Shown here piece by piece: positions 1 to 11,831 of a DNA stretch of 54,802 bases (positions are counted from its first letter, which is position 1; every line of letters starts with the position of its first letter). This DNA is from Fonticula alba ATCC 38817 (taxonomy: Eukaryota > Protista > Nucleariida), in NCBI GenBank assembly GCA_000388065.2, contig KB932206.1; one strand, given 5' to 3'. Below the pieces are notes generated by a model. The model did no database searches. It saw only the letters and a list, made by a program, of their open reading frames with translations, and was not told where the DNA came from. The position numbers and the translations under genes were made by a program.

Positions 1-695
1 GTCGTGTGCGGGTGTGTGCGCGGGGGCGGCCAGGGGGGGGGGGGGGGGGGGGGGGGCCACGCTGGCCCTCTTGCAAGTGATGCCCCCCCCCCCTGCCGGA
101 GCCCTCCTGCGGAGGCATACATACGTGCGCCGGCGCGTTCTGGGCCCGGGAGAGATCGTCGCCACTCCCCCCCGGTCTGCCACTGGCTGGCTTGGGGCCC
201 GGTCCTCCCATCCCCCCATCTCTCCCTGCAACGGCTCGCAAAGATGCCAGAAGCAAGGGCAAGCGGGTGCGCAGGCGCGCTCTACCCCTCTCTGCATGGC
301 AACCCCAGGTACCCCCCCCCCCCCCCCGATGCACAGACGGACGCGTGCGCCCATGATGCGTACATTGTTTTCGCGGCCCCCCCGCCCCCTCCTCGCCCCC
401 GGGGGTGTGCGCCAGGGTGTCGGTTGTTGTTATCGCCGCCGCGAGGGCCTTTTTTCTTTTGACACACCTCACAGCCACCTCCGACCCCACCTGGACTCTC
501 TCTCTTCCCCCCTCCCCTCTCCGGCACTGCTCACCTTCCGCGAAAAGTGCACCCACATAAACACGACACGCACTGACGCCGTGTCGTAAGTGGGTTATTT
601 TCCTTTCCCCTCCCCTCCTTCTTTTTTGGTAGGTCTCGCCTCCTCGGCCGCTCGCGGTCCCGACACACCCCCCTCCCCCGCCTCCGCACTCTCCG

Positions 696-3600
696 ATGGT
701 ATGATTTCCCCTGTCCCCCCCCCCCCCCCCTGCTCGCGGCCCGGTGCCAGCGCTTGCCGGGGACTGGCAACCGCGCCGGCGAATGGGGCCCACGTTCTGG
801 GCTGTTGCGCGGCGGCAACTTGGGGGCAAGGCGGCCGGTTTCCCATGCCCGGGGCTTGTGGCTGCCGGCCCGGGGCGCGCCGTCCGCTTGTGACAGGCAC
901 GGGTCCGCCGGCGCCCCTCGCGCCCCCCCCCCCCCCCCCCCGGCTCGCGCCTTCCTTTTTCCCCCTCATTTCACTTTCATCGGCCACTGTCCCCCTCTCG
1001 CCGGCTCTCGCCGCCATCTGACGTGCATTTCTCCCTCTCCCTCTCCTTGCCGCGGCACTGTCCCGTACCACACAGACCCCGAGCTCTCCCCAGGGCCCGG
1101 GCGGCTCCGACCAGGGCACACCCGCCGCCGGTGCGGCCCCCCCGCCAGCCTCCGTCACTCCCTTCCATCTTGACGATCAGGATGACGACCCCCTTGAGGA
1201 CTTCACCAGCCATCCGCAGGACGAGGCCATCCGGACTTCCTTCGAGTATGAGCCCGGGTCGGGCTTCCCTTCGGCCTCGGGTGGTGTGCACCTCGGCCAG
1301 CACCCCCACATGGGCTACATGGACGAGCACTCGGTGGGCTTCGAGTTCTCCCAGGCCACTGCCAGCGGCAATGTCACCGGGTCCCGTACTCCCGGCTATG
1401 ATGCGTCTGCCGATCGCCACATGCTCGACCCTGAGGTATCCCTCCTCCCTCCCTCTCTCCCGCCATCTCTCCCGCCATCTCTCCCGCCATCTCTCTCTCT
1501 CTCTCCCTCTCTCTCTTCCCCTCCCTCTGACACATGTCGCCATAGACACGAGGCCGGTCGTCTGGCTCTTTCCGGTCTGTCCGCCGAAGTGGCCGGACCT
1601 CCGACTACTCGGCCGACGGCCGCATTGAGGTTGACCACTATGACCCGCCTGCCACCGGGGCCACTGGCCTTTCGGATGGCGAGGACGACTTCACCAGCGA
1701 GGGGGAGATCAACCCCTTTGGCACCCGTGCCTTTGCCATCTCGGCTCCTCGGCCGCGAAAGTCCTACCTCCATTCGCTGAACACCGGCGGCCGCCGGCCC
1801 TATGGCGATGCCGGCGACATGGAGAGTCAATTCCTCGAGGCGCCCTTCTACCAGGCCACCGACCATGATCTGGATCTCCCCCCGAACCAGCACCTCGGCC
1901 CGGATGGCGGATTCTACTTCCAGGAGGACACCCACGACCAGCCGCCCGGTGCCCCGGTGCCCGGCCGGCGGACCCCCACCACGCGGCATCTCATCGGCAA
2001 CTTCATCTGGCTGCTGCTCTTTGGCTGGTGGCTGGCCCTGCTGCTGGTTGTCGCTGGTCTGCTCATGTGTCTGACCATCATCGGCAGCCACTACCTCCCG
2101 GTGGCCATGTCCCTGGCCGAGTATGTGGCTTGGCCCTTCAACAAGCGCTGCGTGGTCGCCCTGCCGGAGGCCGGGCGCTTCCCTCCCTCCGCCTCGGAGC
2201 ATGGTCCCGGCTTCAGCCTTCTGGTGGACGAGTGCCCGATCGGGGATGGATCTTCCCAGCCGGCCAATGGCGCCGGCGCCGGCACCGCCACCGGCGCCCC
2301 CGATAACGGCCAGTTCGGCCCCGACATCTATCCCCCCCCGCCGGCCTTCTCCCTGCCAGCCACCTCCAACGACCGGCTGATCCGCTTTGTCTGGATGTTC
2401 CTGGTGACTGTGCTCCTGGCCGGGCCGACCCTCCTGGTGGCCGGGCTTTGCTGGATGTCGGTCGGGCTGATCCCCATGGCCCGGGCCCAGTGGGCCCTGC
2501 TGCGGGCTCTGTATCGCGCGCCGCTGGTGCTCCGGTCGGCGGATTCCACCAGCGCCCCCGCCGGCGCGGTCCTCGTGGTGCCGACTCACACTTCGGCCTT
2601 CACGGCTCGGCACTTCGGTGACACGGTCGACGGGGCCAACATCGTCTTTGTCAACCTCCTGCCATTGGTCCTGCTGACCCTCTTCATCGGTTACATGCTG
2701 CCGCTCTTCGGGGCCGGCAATGCCGATCCCATGTTCCTCTTCATGCTGTCCCTCTTTTCGGTCATCCCTCTGGTGTACTTCGTCGGCATGGGCGTTGCCT
2801 CGGTGTCGGCCCAGTCTAATGCCGCCATCGCGGCCGTCGTCAATGCCTCCTTCGGCTCGATCGTCGAAATCCTGCTCTACATCATTGCCCTCATGAATGA
2901 GAAGGGCTACCTGGTGCTCGGGTCCATGGTCGGCTCGCTGGTCGGCACAAACCTCTTTGTCCCCGGCATTGCCATGATTGCCGGCGGGTGGAAGCGCAAG
3001 GAGCAACGCTTCAATGTCAAGTCCTTCGGCGTGACGTCCATGCTCCTGTTGGTGTCCATTGCCTTGTGCTTCCTGCCGACGGTGTTCTACAAGATGACTG
3101 GCCCCCATGCGCTGGTGTGCTCCGGCTGCCCGCTCCGGCCCCCGGGCGGCGAACTGCCGGACATCAGTGCCAGCACCAGCACCACCCCCTCCCTCAGTGC
3201 CTCCTCCTCGCTGCCGGATCCCGATGATCTCTTCATGTGCGAGAGTTGCACCCTGGCCAACCCGCCCTTCGGCGAAGATCCCTACTTCCTGAAGGTCGTT
3301 CGTCCGATGATCCTGGTCATCACGGCCATCCTGCCCGCCACCTACATCATCGGCCTTTACTACTTCCTGCGCACGCACGCCAACCGGATTTACGCCGAGC
3401 CTGGCAGCAAGAAGTCCTCCGGCCGCCGGCGCCGGTCCTCCATCGATGCCACATCCATCGGCGCCCATACCCATCGGAAGTCCTTCGACGAGCTGTCCCT
3501 CTCGGATTCCGGATCCATCCTGTCGTTGCTCCCGCACACCGAGCCGAACGCCTCTTCCCTGGGCGCCGTTGGTGCTCCGGACGACCTGCCCGTCTCCTCG

Positions 3601-3705
3601 CCGTCATCCCTCACGCCATACACCCACTCCACTCAGGGCGCCTTCCCCCCGGCATCTGTGGCGGCACATTCGCCGCATCTTTCGGTCGCCGGGGCCCAGG
3701 CTCAG

Positions 3706-3746
<41 letters not shown>

Positions 3747-4713
3747 GCAGCAGCATGGCAGCCGCTACCACGGGACGGGTGACTTCGCCGAGGGTGCCAT
3801 GCCGGCTGGTGGCAATGCCTCCGCCAGCCACCTGTCCATCAACACGGGAGGCGGGGACATGCTCCGCCAGCGGGCACACACCACCGTCGCCGCCTACGGC
3901 AGTGGCAGCATCGAGAATGTGGCTGGCCGGACTTCGATCTCCGGCGGGTCGGCCATCATCTCCCCGAGCACACATGATATCCACCTTGCGCGCATTCGCT
4001 CGCAGTCTCTCCACCGGGCGGATGCCGCTGGCATGATTCCGCCGCCGCGGCTGTCCATGACCGGTCGGACCCCGTCGATTGCCGCCCTGTCGGTGGCTGG
4101 CCGATCAACCGGCGCCGGTGCGGCGGCCGCTCAACATTCCGGCCCGGGTTGGTCGCGGCCCAAGGCTCTGGCCATCCTGCTGGTGGCCACGGTGTGCTTT
4201 GCCCTGCTGGCCGAGCTGCTGGTCGGTTCGGTGGACGCCGTGATCGCTGGTTCCGGCATCCCGGAGAAGTTCATCGGCTTCACCCTCTTCGCCATGGTCC
4301 CCTCGGCCACGGAGTATGTGAATGCCATGCTCTTTGCCTACCACGACAACATTGCCCTGGCGCTGGAGATCGCCAACCAGTATATCATCCAGGTGACTTT
4401 CCTTCAGATCCCGGCCCTGGTGATCTTCTCCTTTGTCAGCTCGGCCTTCTGGCTGACCGAGCCCATGAGCTTCGTCAACACCTTCCCTCTGATTTTCCCC
4501 TCGTGGGATGTCCTGAGTGTCCTGATCTCGCTGTTCATTCTGCTGTACGTGATCAGCGAAGGCAAGACCGACTACTTCAAGGGGTCCCTCCTGTCGATCG
4601 TCTTCATTACCCTGGTTATCTTCTACTATTTCGCCCCTTCCGAGGATGCTGTCGCCCCGATGGTCGTCGGTAGCTTCGTTTCTCGCGCACTGGTCCCCGG
4701 TGGACGTGGCTAG
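696..4713 (+). CDS. VNX1: Type II CAX / VNX1-like Ca2+(Na+)/H+ exchanger with N-terminal YccF-like domain. Proposed exons 696-698 (ATG only), 1076-1435, 1546-4713
   Basis: The 964-aa ORF 1819-4713 stays open upstream to an acceptor at 1545, and phase-0 intron 1436-1545 (GTATC..TAG) joins exon 1076-1435. Motifs: YccF-like IGNFIWLLLFGWWLALLL, alpha-1 repeat NASFGSIVEILLY, alpha-2 repeat FTLFAMVPSATEYVNAM, C-terminal EGKTDYFKGSLL, many TM segments. The 5' exon is less certain. Confidence 0.9.
3703..3753 (+). repeat. (CAG/CAA)17 polyglutamine tract in the central loop of the exchanger
   Basis: Read directly from the sequence, in frame with the CAX ORF. Confidence 0.95.
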
Positions 4714-5266
4714 TCATGTCCTCCCCCTCTGCCTCCCCTCCCCCCCTCTTCGGGGGGGGGGGAGCGCCCAGTCACCATGGCCGCCGGAACTCTCCCGAAT
4801 GCTGCTCGCCCTTGGCCTGATCTCATTTAGCACCCTTACCTTTGGGTGCCTGCTCCCCTCCACCGGTCCCCCTTCCTGGCCGCACGCGCATGCGCATGTA
4901 TGTACATGAATGTGTGCGCGCACGCGTGCCTGAGATCGAGAGGCCGGGACAGAAAGTGAGAGGACCCATCCATTTGTAAAAACATAAATCCAACGTCCGT
5001 GTGTTCGGGGGCCTGGGGCCTTCCACCAAGCGGTTGCATGTGCGGGGGAGGAGGAGGAGGAGAAAGAAAAAAGGAAGTCCAGAGGACATCGGCGCGCGGG
5101 TCTCGGCTGTATGAGATGGGCCGCACTTGTGCGCATGCTTTCCCCATCGCGCGCGCGCGGCGATGACTGCATCGCACACGCAACTTCAGAGGCCGTGCTT
5201 GCACAGATGCACCCAAGCAGATGCATGTCGGCCGGCAGGGGATACACCATGCAGGCGCGGTGTGCC

Positions 5267-6414
5267 TCAGGAGTCGGCGCCCAGCTGATCGACCGCCGTC
5301 GCATCCGGGAAGGAAAGCATCGCGCCATGGCGAGTGCACGCGAGGGTGGACGCCCGGGCTGCACGACTCAACGCCGCCGTCCAGGCCTTGGCGTGGAAAT
5401 CCCGCGGCCCCGAGGCAGCAGCCCCAGCAAGGGGAGCCCATGCAGTGGTATCCAGCATGTCGGCTGGAGATGGCGACCCTGCTGCCGACGTCTTGGTGTT
5501 GTCCCCCAGCAGGCCGAAGGTTGCCAATCCGTGGACCAGAAAACCGGCGAAGCAATCCCCAGCGCCGGTGGTATCGACAATTGTGGCTCCCTCGGGCACG
5601 GGAGCAGCCGGGATGGCCACCCGGCCCCGTGCCGAGCCCGCCGGGAATGAGGCCACAGCTCCGGCCGAGCCGAGGGTCAGGACAAGGGAGATGCCAGGAA
5701 GAGCAATCTGCGGCTCAAGCTGGTCCAACAGGGCGTTGGCACGGGCAAAGGCGCCCGTCGGATCGGCATTGCCGGGGGCACAATGGGGGGCCAGGGCCAG
5801 GGCGGTGCTACTCTGGGGCTGAGCGGCGGTCCGCATGGCGCTCAGACACTGCCCTGCCTCGATCTCATTCAGCAAGAGAACCGCTCCTGGCCGAAGGCAC
5901 CCCATGACCGCCAGGAAGTCCGCCTGCTGGAAGGGGCTCGGGTTGTAGACCACCGCGATGCCTGGGCAGGGGGAGTGTATGTGCATGTGTGTGTATGTGT
6001 GTGTGTGTGGGGGGGGGGGGAGGAGGGTTAGTCTTCCCTCCTGCCAGTGTGTGTTGCTGTGCCGGGGCACATCTTCAGGGAGGTCGTACCTCGGTCGCCG
6101 GCGGCAGTGACGACCTCCTCATTGCAGGAGGTCTCATTCTGGAGCATCACGGCACTCGGCAGTGAGGGCAGCTTCGGAGCGGGGCACGGGTGTGGGGTTA
6201 ATTCCTGCAAAGGGGGACAAGGAAAATGCAGGGGCCCACCGGAACTTACCTGCTGGAATAGCCGCGCAATGTCACAGGGCGTGATGGCTCGATTGGCCCC
6301 GGGGAAGAGGACAATCGCATTTTCCGCGGTTTCCTGGGCGATCTGGATGAAAGCTCGGCCGGTCGGCTGTCACAAGCACAGCCCGCCCATGCCCGGGAGG
6401 CGGGTTGATTTGGG

Positions 6415-6477
<63 letters not shown>

Positions 6478-6822
6478 ATGGGTGCGCAGGGATTGTCACA
6501 GGTCAGGATGGTGGTGGGCCATGAGTGCGTCAGGGTGGCAAAGAGGGGGGAGGGGGGGGGGGGGAATTTCGTGGCATCGAGCACGGACCACGGTCTGGGA
6601 TGAGAGGACACTTGACACGTCCACGCCCAAAGAGCTTAGCGTGTTCCGCAAAAAGGAGCCCTCCGCGTCGGCGCCCGTCTGGCCCCAGAGTTGGGTCACC
6701 GAGCCGGCCTTCCGGGGAGCAGGGGAAGATGTCAGCAAGAGTGGAGGGGAAAAAGAAGGAAAAGAAGAAAAGTCGCTGACTTAGAGGGAGTACCCTCGCG
6801 GCGGCAGCCGCCTGATTGGCTC
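5267..6822 (-). CDS. RBKS: Ribokinase (PfkB family), multi-exon; 5' exon(s) probably in or beyond the N gap at 6867-6947
   Basis: Micro-exon 6794-6822 gives (G)ANQAAAAAR (PfkB signature 1). Following exons give AGSVTQLWGQTGADAEG, PTGRAFIQI..ENAIVLFPGAN, VMLQNE, VVYNPSP, LNEIEA, LVLTLGSAGA and VDTTGAGDCF (signature 2 with catalytic Asp). GT-AG junctions keep the frame. Confidence 0.88.
6414..6477. repeat. (GTGC)n tetranucleotide microsatellite in a ribokinase intron
   Basis: About 16 perfect units visible. Confidence 0.95.
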
Positions 6823-7300
6823 CTAGATCCAGTGGCGAGTTGGCAAGTCAGGGAAAGCGTGAGCGANNNNNNNNNNNNNNNNNNNNNNNNNNNNNNNNNN
6901 NNNNNNNNNNNNNNNNNNNNNNNNNNNNNNNNNNNNNNNNNNNNNNNGGAGCGAAAGGGGCACGTGTGGGTGTGGGCGCTGTGCTAGCAGGGGCGGGGGA
7001 GTCCGACGGCCGGGGCTGGATGACCGGGTGAAGGAAAAGCAAGCCCCGATGCCGCTTTTGAAATTTAGTCGACATGATCGCGCCCCAGGCCAACTTCCAA
7101 TGCTTGGTCGGGGGAGCGTTGCGATCGGCCGAGATGGTGGTCGGTCGTCGGGGCCTTCGGGCGCCACAGTGGCCCACGGCTAAGGTCTTCCTCCCAGCCG
7201 GACAGCCATCCTCCTCCATTTCATTTTTTCTCCCTCCCTCTCTCTCTCTCTCTCTGTCCCCCCTCTTCCCCTCTTAAGGGCCTCTCTCTCCCTTTGCGCG

Positions 7301-7738
7301 ATGCTGTCCCGGGCGCGCCCCCTTCGTGGGTTGCCGTCTCCGGTGATGCCGGCGCCAGTGGCTTCCTCAGCCGCCGGCCGGGGTCTCCGTGCACTGGCGG
7401 TTGGACGCTTCTCCTCGGGCTCCGGCCCTGGTCGGCCAGCGGCCCCTCCACCACAGCCGTCCTCCTCGACGTCATCCTCACCACCTCATCCGACATCAGC
7501 TGGGCCGCCTCCTCCGGGACCTCCCCCTCCGGGACCACCCCCTCCGGGACCACCCCCTCCAGGACCGCCCCCTCCAGGGCATCCGTACTGGTTCCAATTT
7601 GCGATGCCGCCCGGGGGCCCGCCGCCCCCCCCACCCCCTGGTGCTGGCCCCTACTTCCCGCGGCCTGTGGGATTCCTTTCCCCGGAGGGGTTTGCTCAAT
7701 TGCCGGGGTCGCCGCCGGGCCGGCTTCCGCTATCGCCT

Positions 7739-7770
<32 letters not shown>

Positions 7771-9469
7771 CCCAGGCTACTATGCTTATGCGTACCCCCC
7801 GCCAGGATCGATCCCGGGGCCGCTGCCGGGACCACCACATCAACGCCCACTCCCCCCAGGCTCCTTCCCCCCGGGGTTCCATTTTGGCGAGTGCGTATTC
7901 CACCTTTGCACCCTTTCCTGCTCCTCGTCTTTCTTACCTCCCTCACTTTCCGTCTCAGTCCCATGGCCGCCGGCCCACATGGCGGTTCTGCCGCAGGCGC
8001 TCTCCACTCTATCCACCCGGCGGCAATGGCAGCCGCCCGGCCGGTGACCCCTCCCCCATCCCCGCCCTCGGCGCCACCGGCACCCTCACAGCCGGCACCA
8101 CCATCGTCCGGGCCTGCCAAGCAGGCTGCTTCTCGACCGGCAGCCGGCACAGTCACGGACTCCGGCATTTCCGCCGGGCCGCGACGCCCGACATCCTCCA
8201 CGCCTGCCGCGCCTGCCAAGACTGCATCCCCCACATTGGCCAGTCGCTTCGGGCATTACATCGACACTTTCAAGGCTGTGCAGCAGCTCCGCGCACAGGG
8301 GGCCTTCCCCGGGCAGACCTCAAAAGCCCAGCCAGCCCCGTTGGCTCGGCCGGCTGGCGGCCGTGACACGGAGGCCCCGCCATCGGCGGTTGCCCCGGTA
8401 GATCCAGCAGTTGCCGAGCCTGGTCCCGGGGATGCCCCAAGTTCCGTGCCTTCGGCCGGCCCGGCGGCCACCCCGGTGAGCTCGGCCGCGCCCCCGCTTG
8501 CGGCGGCACCCACGTCGGTGGGCTCCATGGCACCTCCGACGGCCGCCCCGCTCCCCCCGCGCAGCGATGTCCAAAGTGCCGCTCTGGCCGAGGCGCTGGC
8601 CCGCGCAGTCGAAAGTTCTGTCCGCTCGCATTATGAGCACTGCATGCGCACCTTCCTTCCAACGTCGGAATACGAGCTGGTGCGTCGGGCCATTCTGGCT
8701 GGCCTTTCTCTTTGCCTGTGCTCTCGGGTTTTTTTTTTCCCCCTTGTCATCTGCCCAACGGCTAACCGTCCTCCGGGGACAGTGGCGCACCGAGACGATG
8801 GCCGCCTCGAGGCGGACCCTGCGCAACCCGGCAACGCATCCGCAGCCGGCCACCCGGCTGGCGGCGCTGAAGTTGGCTCTCGGCCGGCGAATTGTCGACG
8901 CCACCGCTCTGCCGGCCATCACGCGCGAGAGCCTTGCTCGCGTTCGATCCCGGCATGATTTCGCCATCATCCGGCAGCGTCTCTTTATCAACGGCCTTGT
9001 GCGAAACATCGTCCTTGACATCCGTGAAACGCAGCAAAAGTTAGAGATCAACATTGCCGAGAACCAGACTCGCCTTGAGCAAAACAAGACGGCCATCCTC
9101 TTCATCATCTACAGTACGTCCACCGGCCTGCCCCCCCCCCCCCCCCACCACAACAGCGCGCCTGTTGATGCCTCCCTCTTTCGACACCCTCTTCGGCCGT
9201 CCCATCTTTTATCATTGACACCCCTGGCGTGATGGGCCCCAGCCTTCGGCCTGACTCTTGTCGGCCTTGCCATCTTGACCCATGTGCTTGGGCTCTGGGG
9301 CGGCGAGGAGGAGCCCGACAAGGATGCTGCCAAGCGCAGCAAGGCCGACGAAGTCGAGGGGTACTGGCAAATCTACAAGGAAATCCAGCTCCGGCAGCAT
9401 CAGCTCTCCCAGCAGCTTGCACATCAGGATGAGGCGGATCCTGGCCTCAATGAGATCCCCCTTCGGTGA
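7301..9469 (+). CDS. MCUR1/CCDC90/Fmp32 (DUF1640)-like mitochondrial coiled-coil membrane protein with long Pro-rich N-terminus; 4 exons (introns ~7891-7958, ~8681-8782, ~9114-9243)
   Basis: The N-terminus MLSRARPLRGL..RGLRALAVGRFSS looks like a mitochondrial presequence. HYIDTFKAVQQLRAQG resembles the family head motif (FDT..V..L...GF). IRETQQKLEINIAENQTRLEQNK followed by TM segment TAILFIIYTFGLTLVGLAIL matches the CCDC90 stalk/anchor pattern. Confidence 0.68.
7502..7576 (+). repeat. 15-nt coding repeat x5 encoding GPPPP
   Basis: gg(a/g)cc(n)cc(y)cctcc(r) units read directly. Confidence 0.9.
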
Positions 9470-9716
9470 GGATAGATCCACCAACTAGACAATGCGCCTC
9501 GCTCCCGCTCTCAGGTTTGACACAGGCAGCTCAGTTGCCCCGTGGGCGGTGGAGAAGGTACAGTGTGTATTGGGCAGTGGGGCGTGGAAATTCGAGTGGG
9601 ATGCTGTTCCCTGGAAAGGCAGGAGGAAATAGGGGGGGGAGGGGGGGAGGGGGAGAGTGGGGGCAGCTAGCCGGCCGCTCGGAGGGGTACCAGTCGCCGT
9701 GCACGCACGCACATAC

Positions 9717-10061
9717 TCAGAAGTCCTCCCAGCTGCTTTCTACCGTGGCACGGACCCGCTGGTTATAGGAGCGGATGTCTTCCCGATAGAGAGTGGCTGC
9801 CTGGGGGTTGGCCGGACTGTTGGGGTTTGGATCGTGGAGCAAGGACTGGGCCATTCGGAGGAGGGACATGGGCACCGGCCGTCCGGGGGATGTTAGAAGG
9901 GGAAGGAATGGGCGAGGAGAAGCCCGCAGAGTCTTCTGGCTGGAGGGCGGCGCGAGGAGGGCATACCTGAATACTGGTGAGGATGGCAGATACATCGTAT
10001 GTCGGACTCCAGCGATTTTGTAGGATATCCAGGCACAGGTGGCCATCAGCGTATACTGCAT

Positions 10062-10100
<39 letters not shown>

Positions 10101-10896
10101 CATGGGGAGGAAGAGGTTAGCAGGTGGTTGGGAGGGGAGGGGAAGGGGCGATGCAAAAGCAGCCACCAGGGGGGCCCAAAGGATGTAAGCACCATTTGGA
10201 TGGAACATTTGTGAAACAAACTTCACCACAGGCGGCTTGTTCGGATAATCTTCGCTGAACTGCATGGACAATTTGAAGGTGCCTGACGAACGAAAGACGG
10301 CGGTGGGGGCGTGGAGTGTGAGGGACGCGAATGGGCCAAGTAAAGGTGGGGGAGCGGAGGCGAAGAGGGGAGCAGTGTAAAAAGGATGGGGAGACCGGCG
10401 AAAGAGCCATCGGCCGGCTTTTGTGCGCGTGTACCATCCTCAAAGGGAGTGCTCTCCGGACTGGACAATCGAGAGGGAGGGAAGGAAAAGGCGCGGCGAG
10501 GGGGGGGGGGGGGGGGGGCAGGACAGGTCAGCAAAGGGAAGAAGCATGGACGGGTGTGTTCCCACGCGTCCAGAGGTGTGCAGCGGGGACGAAGAGCGCA
10601 TACCCGAGGATGACAGCATTCCAAAGCATGATATTCTCCTCGCCCGGGGCACCGCTGATGCCCAAAGGTGGGTCGTCCTGGAGACTGGATGGGGCGGTTG
10701 TGTTGCGTGTGAGAATCGGAAAGGCACCAGCAGAAGGCGGCGAACACAGGAGGTCAAGCCAAGAGGAGCCTCAGTCCGCGGGCAGGCGCCCGCCCTTTTG
10801 GCCTCCGAGGCCTGGAGAGGGAGAGGGTGAGGATGGGCGGCAATCGGCGCACCGTTTGAAATCACGAATCAGACGCCTGCGCGCAGGGGTAGACAT
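9717..10896 (-). CDS. RAD6: Ubiquitin-conjugating enzyme E2 RAD6/UBC2 (UBE2A/B), 6 exons
   Basis: Spliced protein: [135 protein letters not shown]. Near-identical to the RAD6 consensus, active-site Cys present. Confidence 0.97.
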
Positions 10897-11831
10897 TCTG
10901 AAGGCAAAGCGACGGCGAAATCGACCAGATAGATCAGAGAAAGGGACCGAGCGAGATGGCAGGAGGGAGACGTGGAGGAAAGGGAGAGATCTGCCCCGCT
11001 CCTCACGGAGCTCCGGTCTCCCCTTGTCGGTTCCTTTTTAGCCCCCCCCCCCCCCCCCCGTCTTTCGAACGGAAAAGACCAGCCAACCCGGGGATCTTGC
11101 GCACCCTGGAACTTGCTCGCTGGGTTCTCCAGACCGGCACTTTGGGTGCGGCTGTCCCAGATCTGCTGACCGCTCTCTGGAGATCACGCGCGCAGCTGAC
11201 CACCTAGAGAACACCTAGCCCACAGTAGTGGTCGTCCCGCCGCCTGTGTCGCCGTTCCCTGGACCCCTGCTCCCCGCCCGCCCGCCCGCCCGCCCCCCCC
11301 CCGGGCGCGTCACCATGTCGCAGCCATGGGGCCGGGGTCCCCCCTGCCTACATGGCGACACAAAGGGCCGCGCGCGGCCACACACACTCTCGGGACTATT
11401 GCCAGCGCGGTCGGGCTTGTTTTAATGTTTTTTTTTCTCATCCTTTCTGTGGAACACCGACCCCCTGCGCCAGCCTGTGCCTCCCCCCCCCCCCCCCCCA
11501 GGTGAAGCCTGGCCATCGGCGCCGAATACCGTGGATGCTGCCCGAAGGCAGGCGGTAATGCGAGTGAGCCGGGGCAGTGACCGGCTGAGAGGCCCCTGGC
11601 ACATCAAGCGGCGTGCTCTCCGGCTCCCCCGGCAGCCGGGCTGTCAGCCGCACTCCCTCTTGGGCGCGCTTTCTCTTCGTGCGGCCCGCCTTGCCCCCCC
11701 CCCGCCGCCGGTGCAAAGAGAGGCATTGATGAGCTTTTGTGTATTTCATGGTCCCCGAGCAGGCGTGAATTGCCGGGTGTATTTTTCTCTTGCCCATACT
11801 GCATGGGCCTCAGAGCTGAGGACGCCCCCGA

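Noticed and set aside
1396-3537. 713-aa minus-strand ORF antisense to the CAX gene (also similar long antisense ORFs over TFC4, RPA34 and RhoGEF-RGS)
   Set aside because: These are shadow ORFs expected from high GC3 codon usage and have no recognisable motifs.
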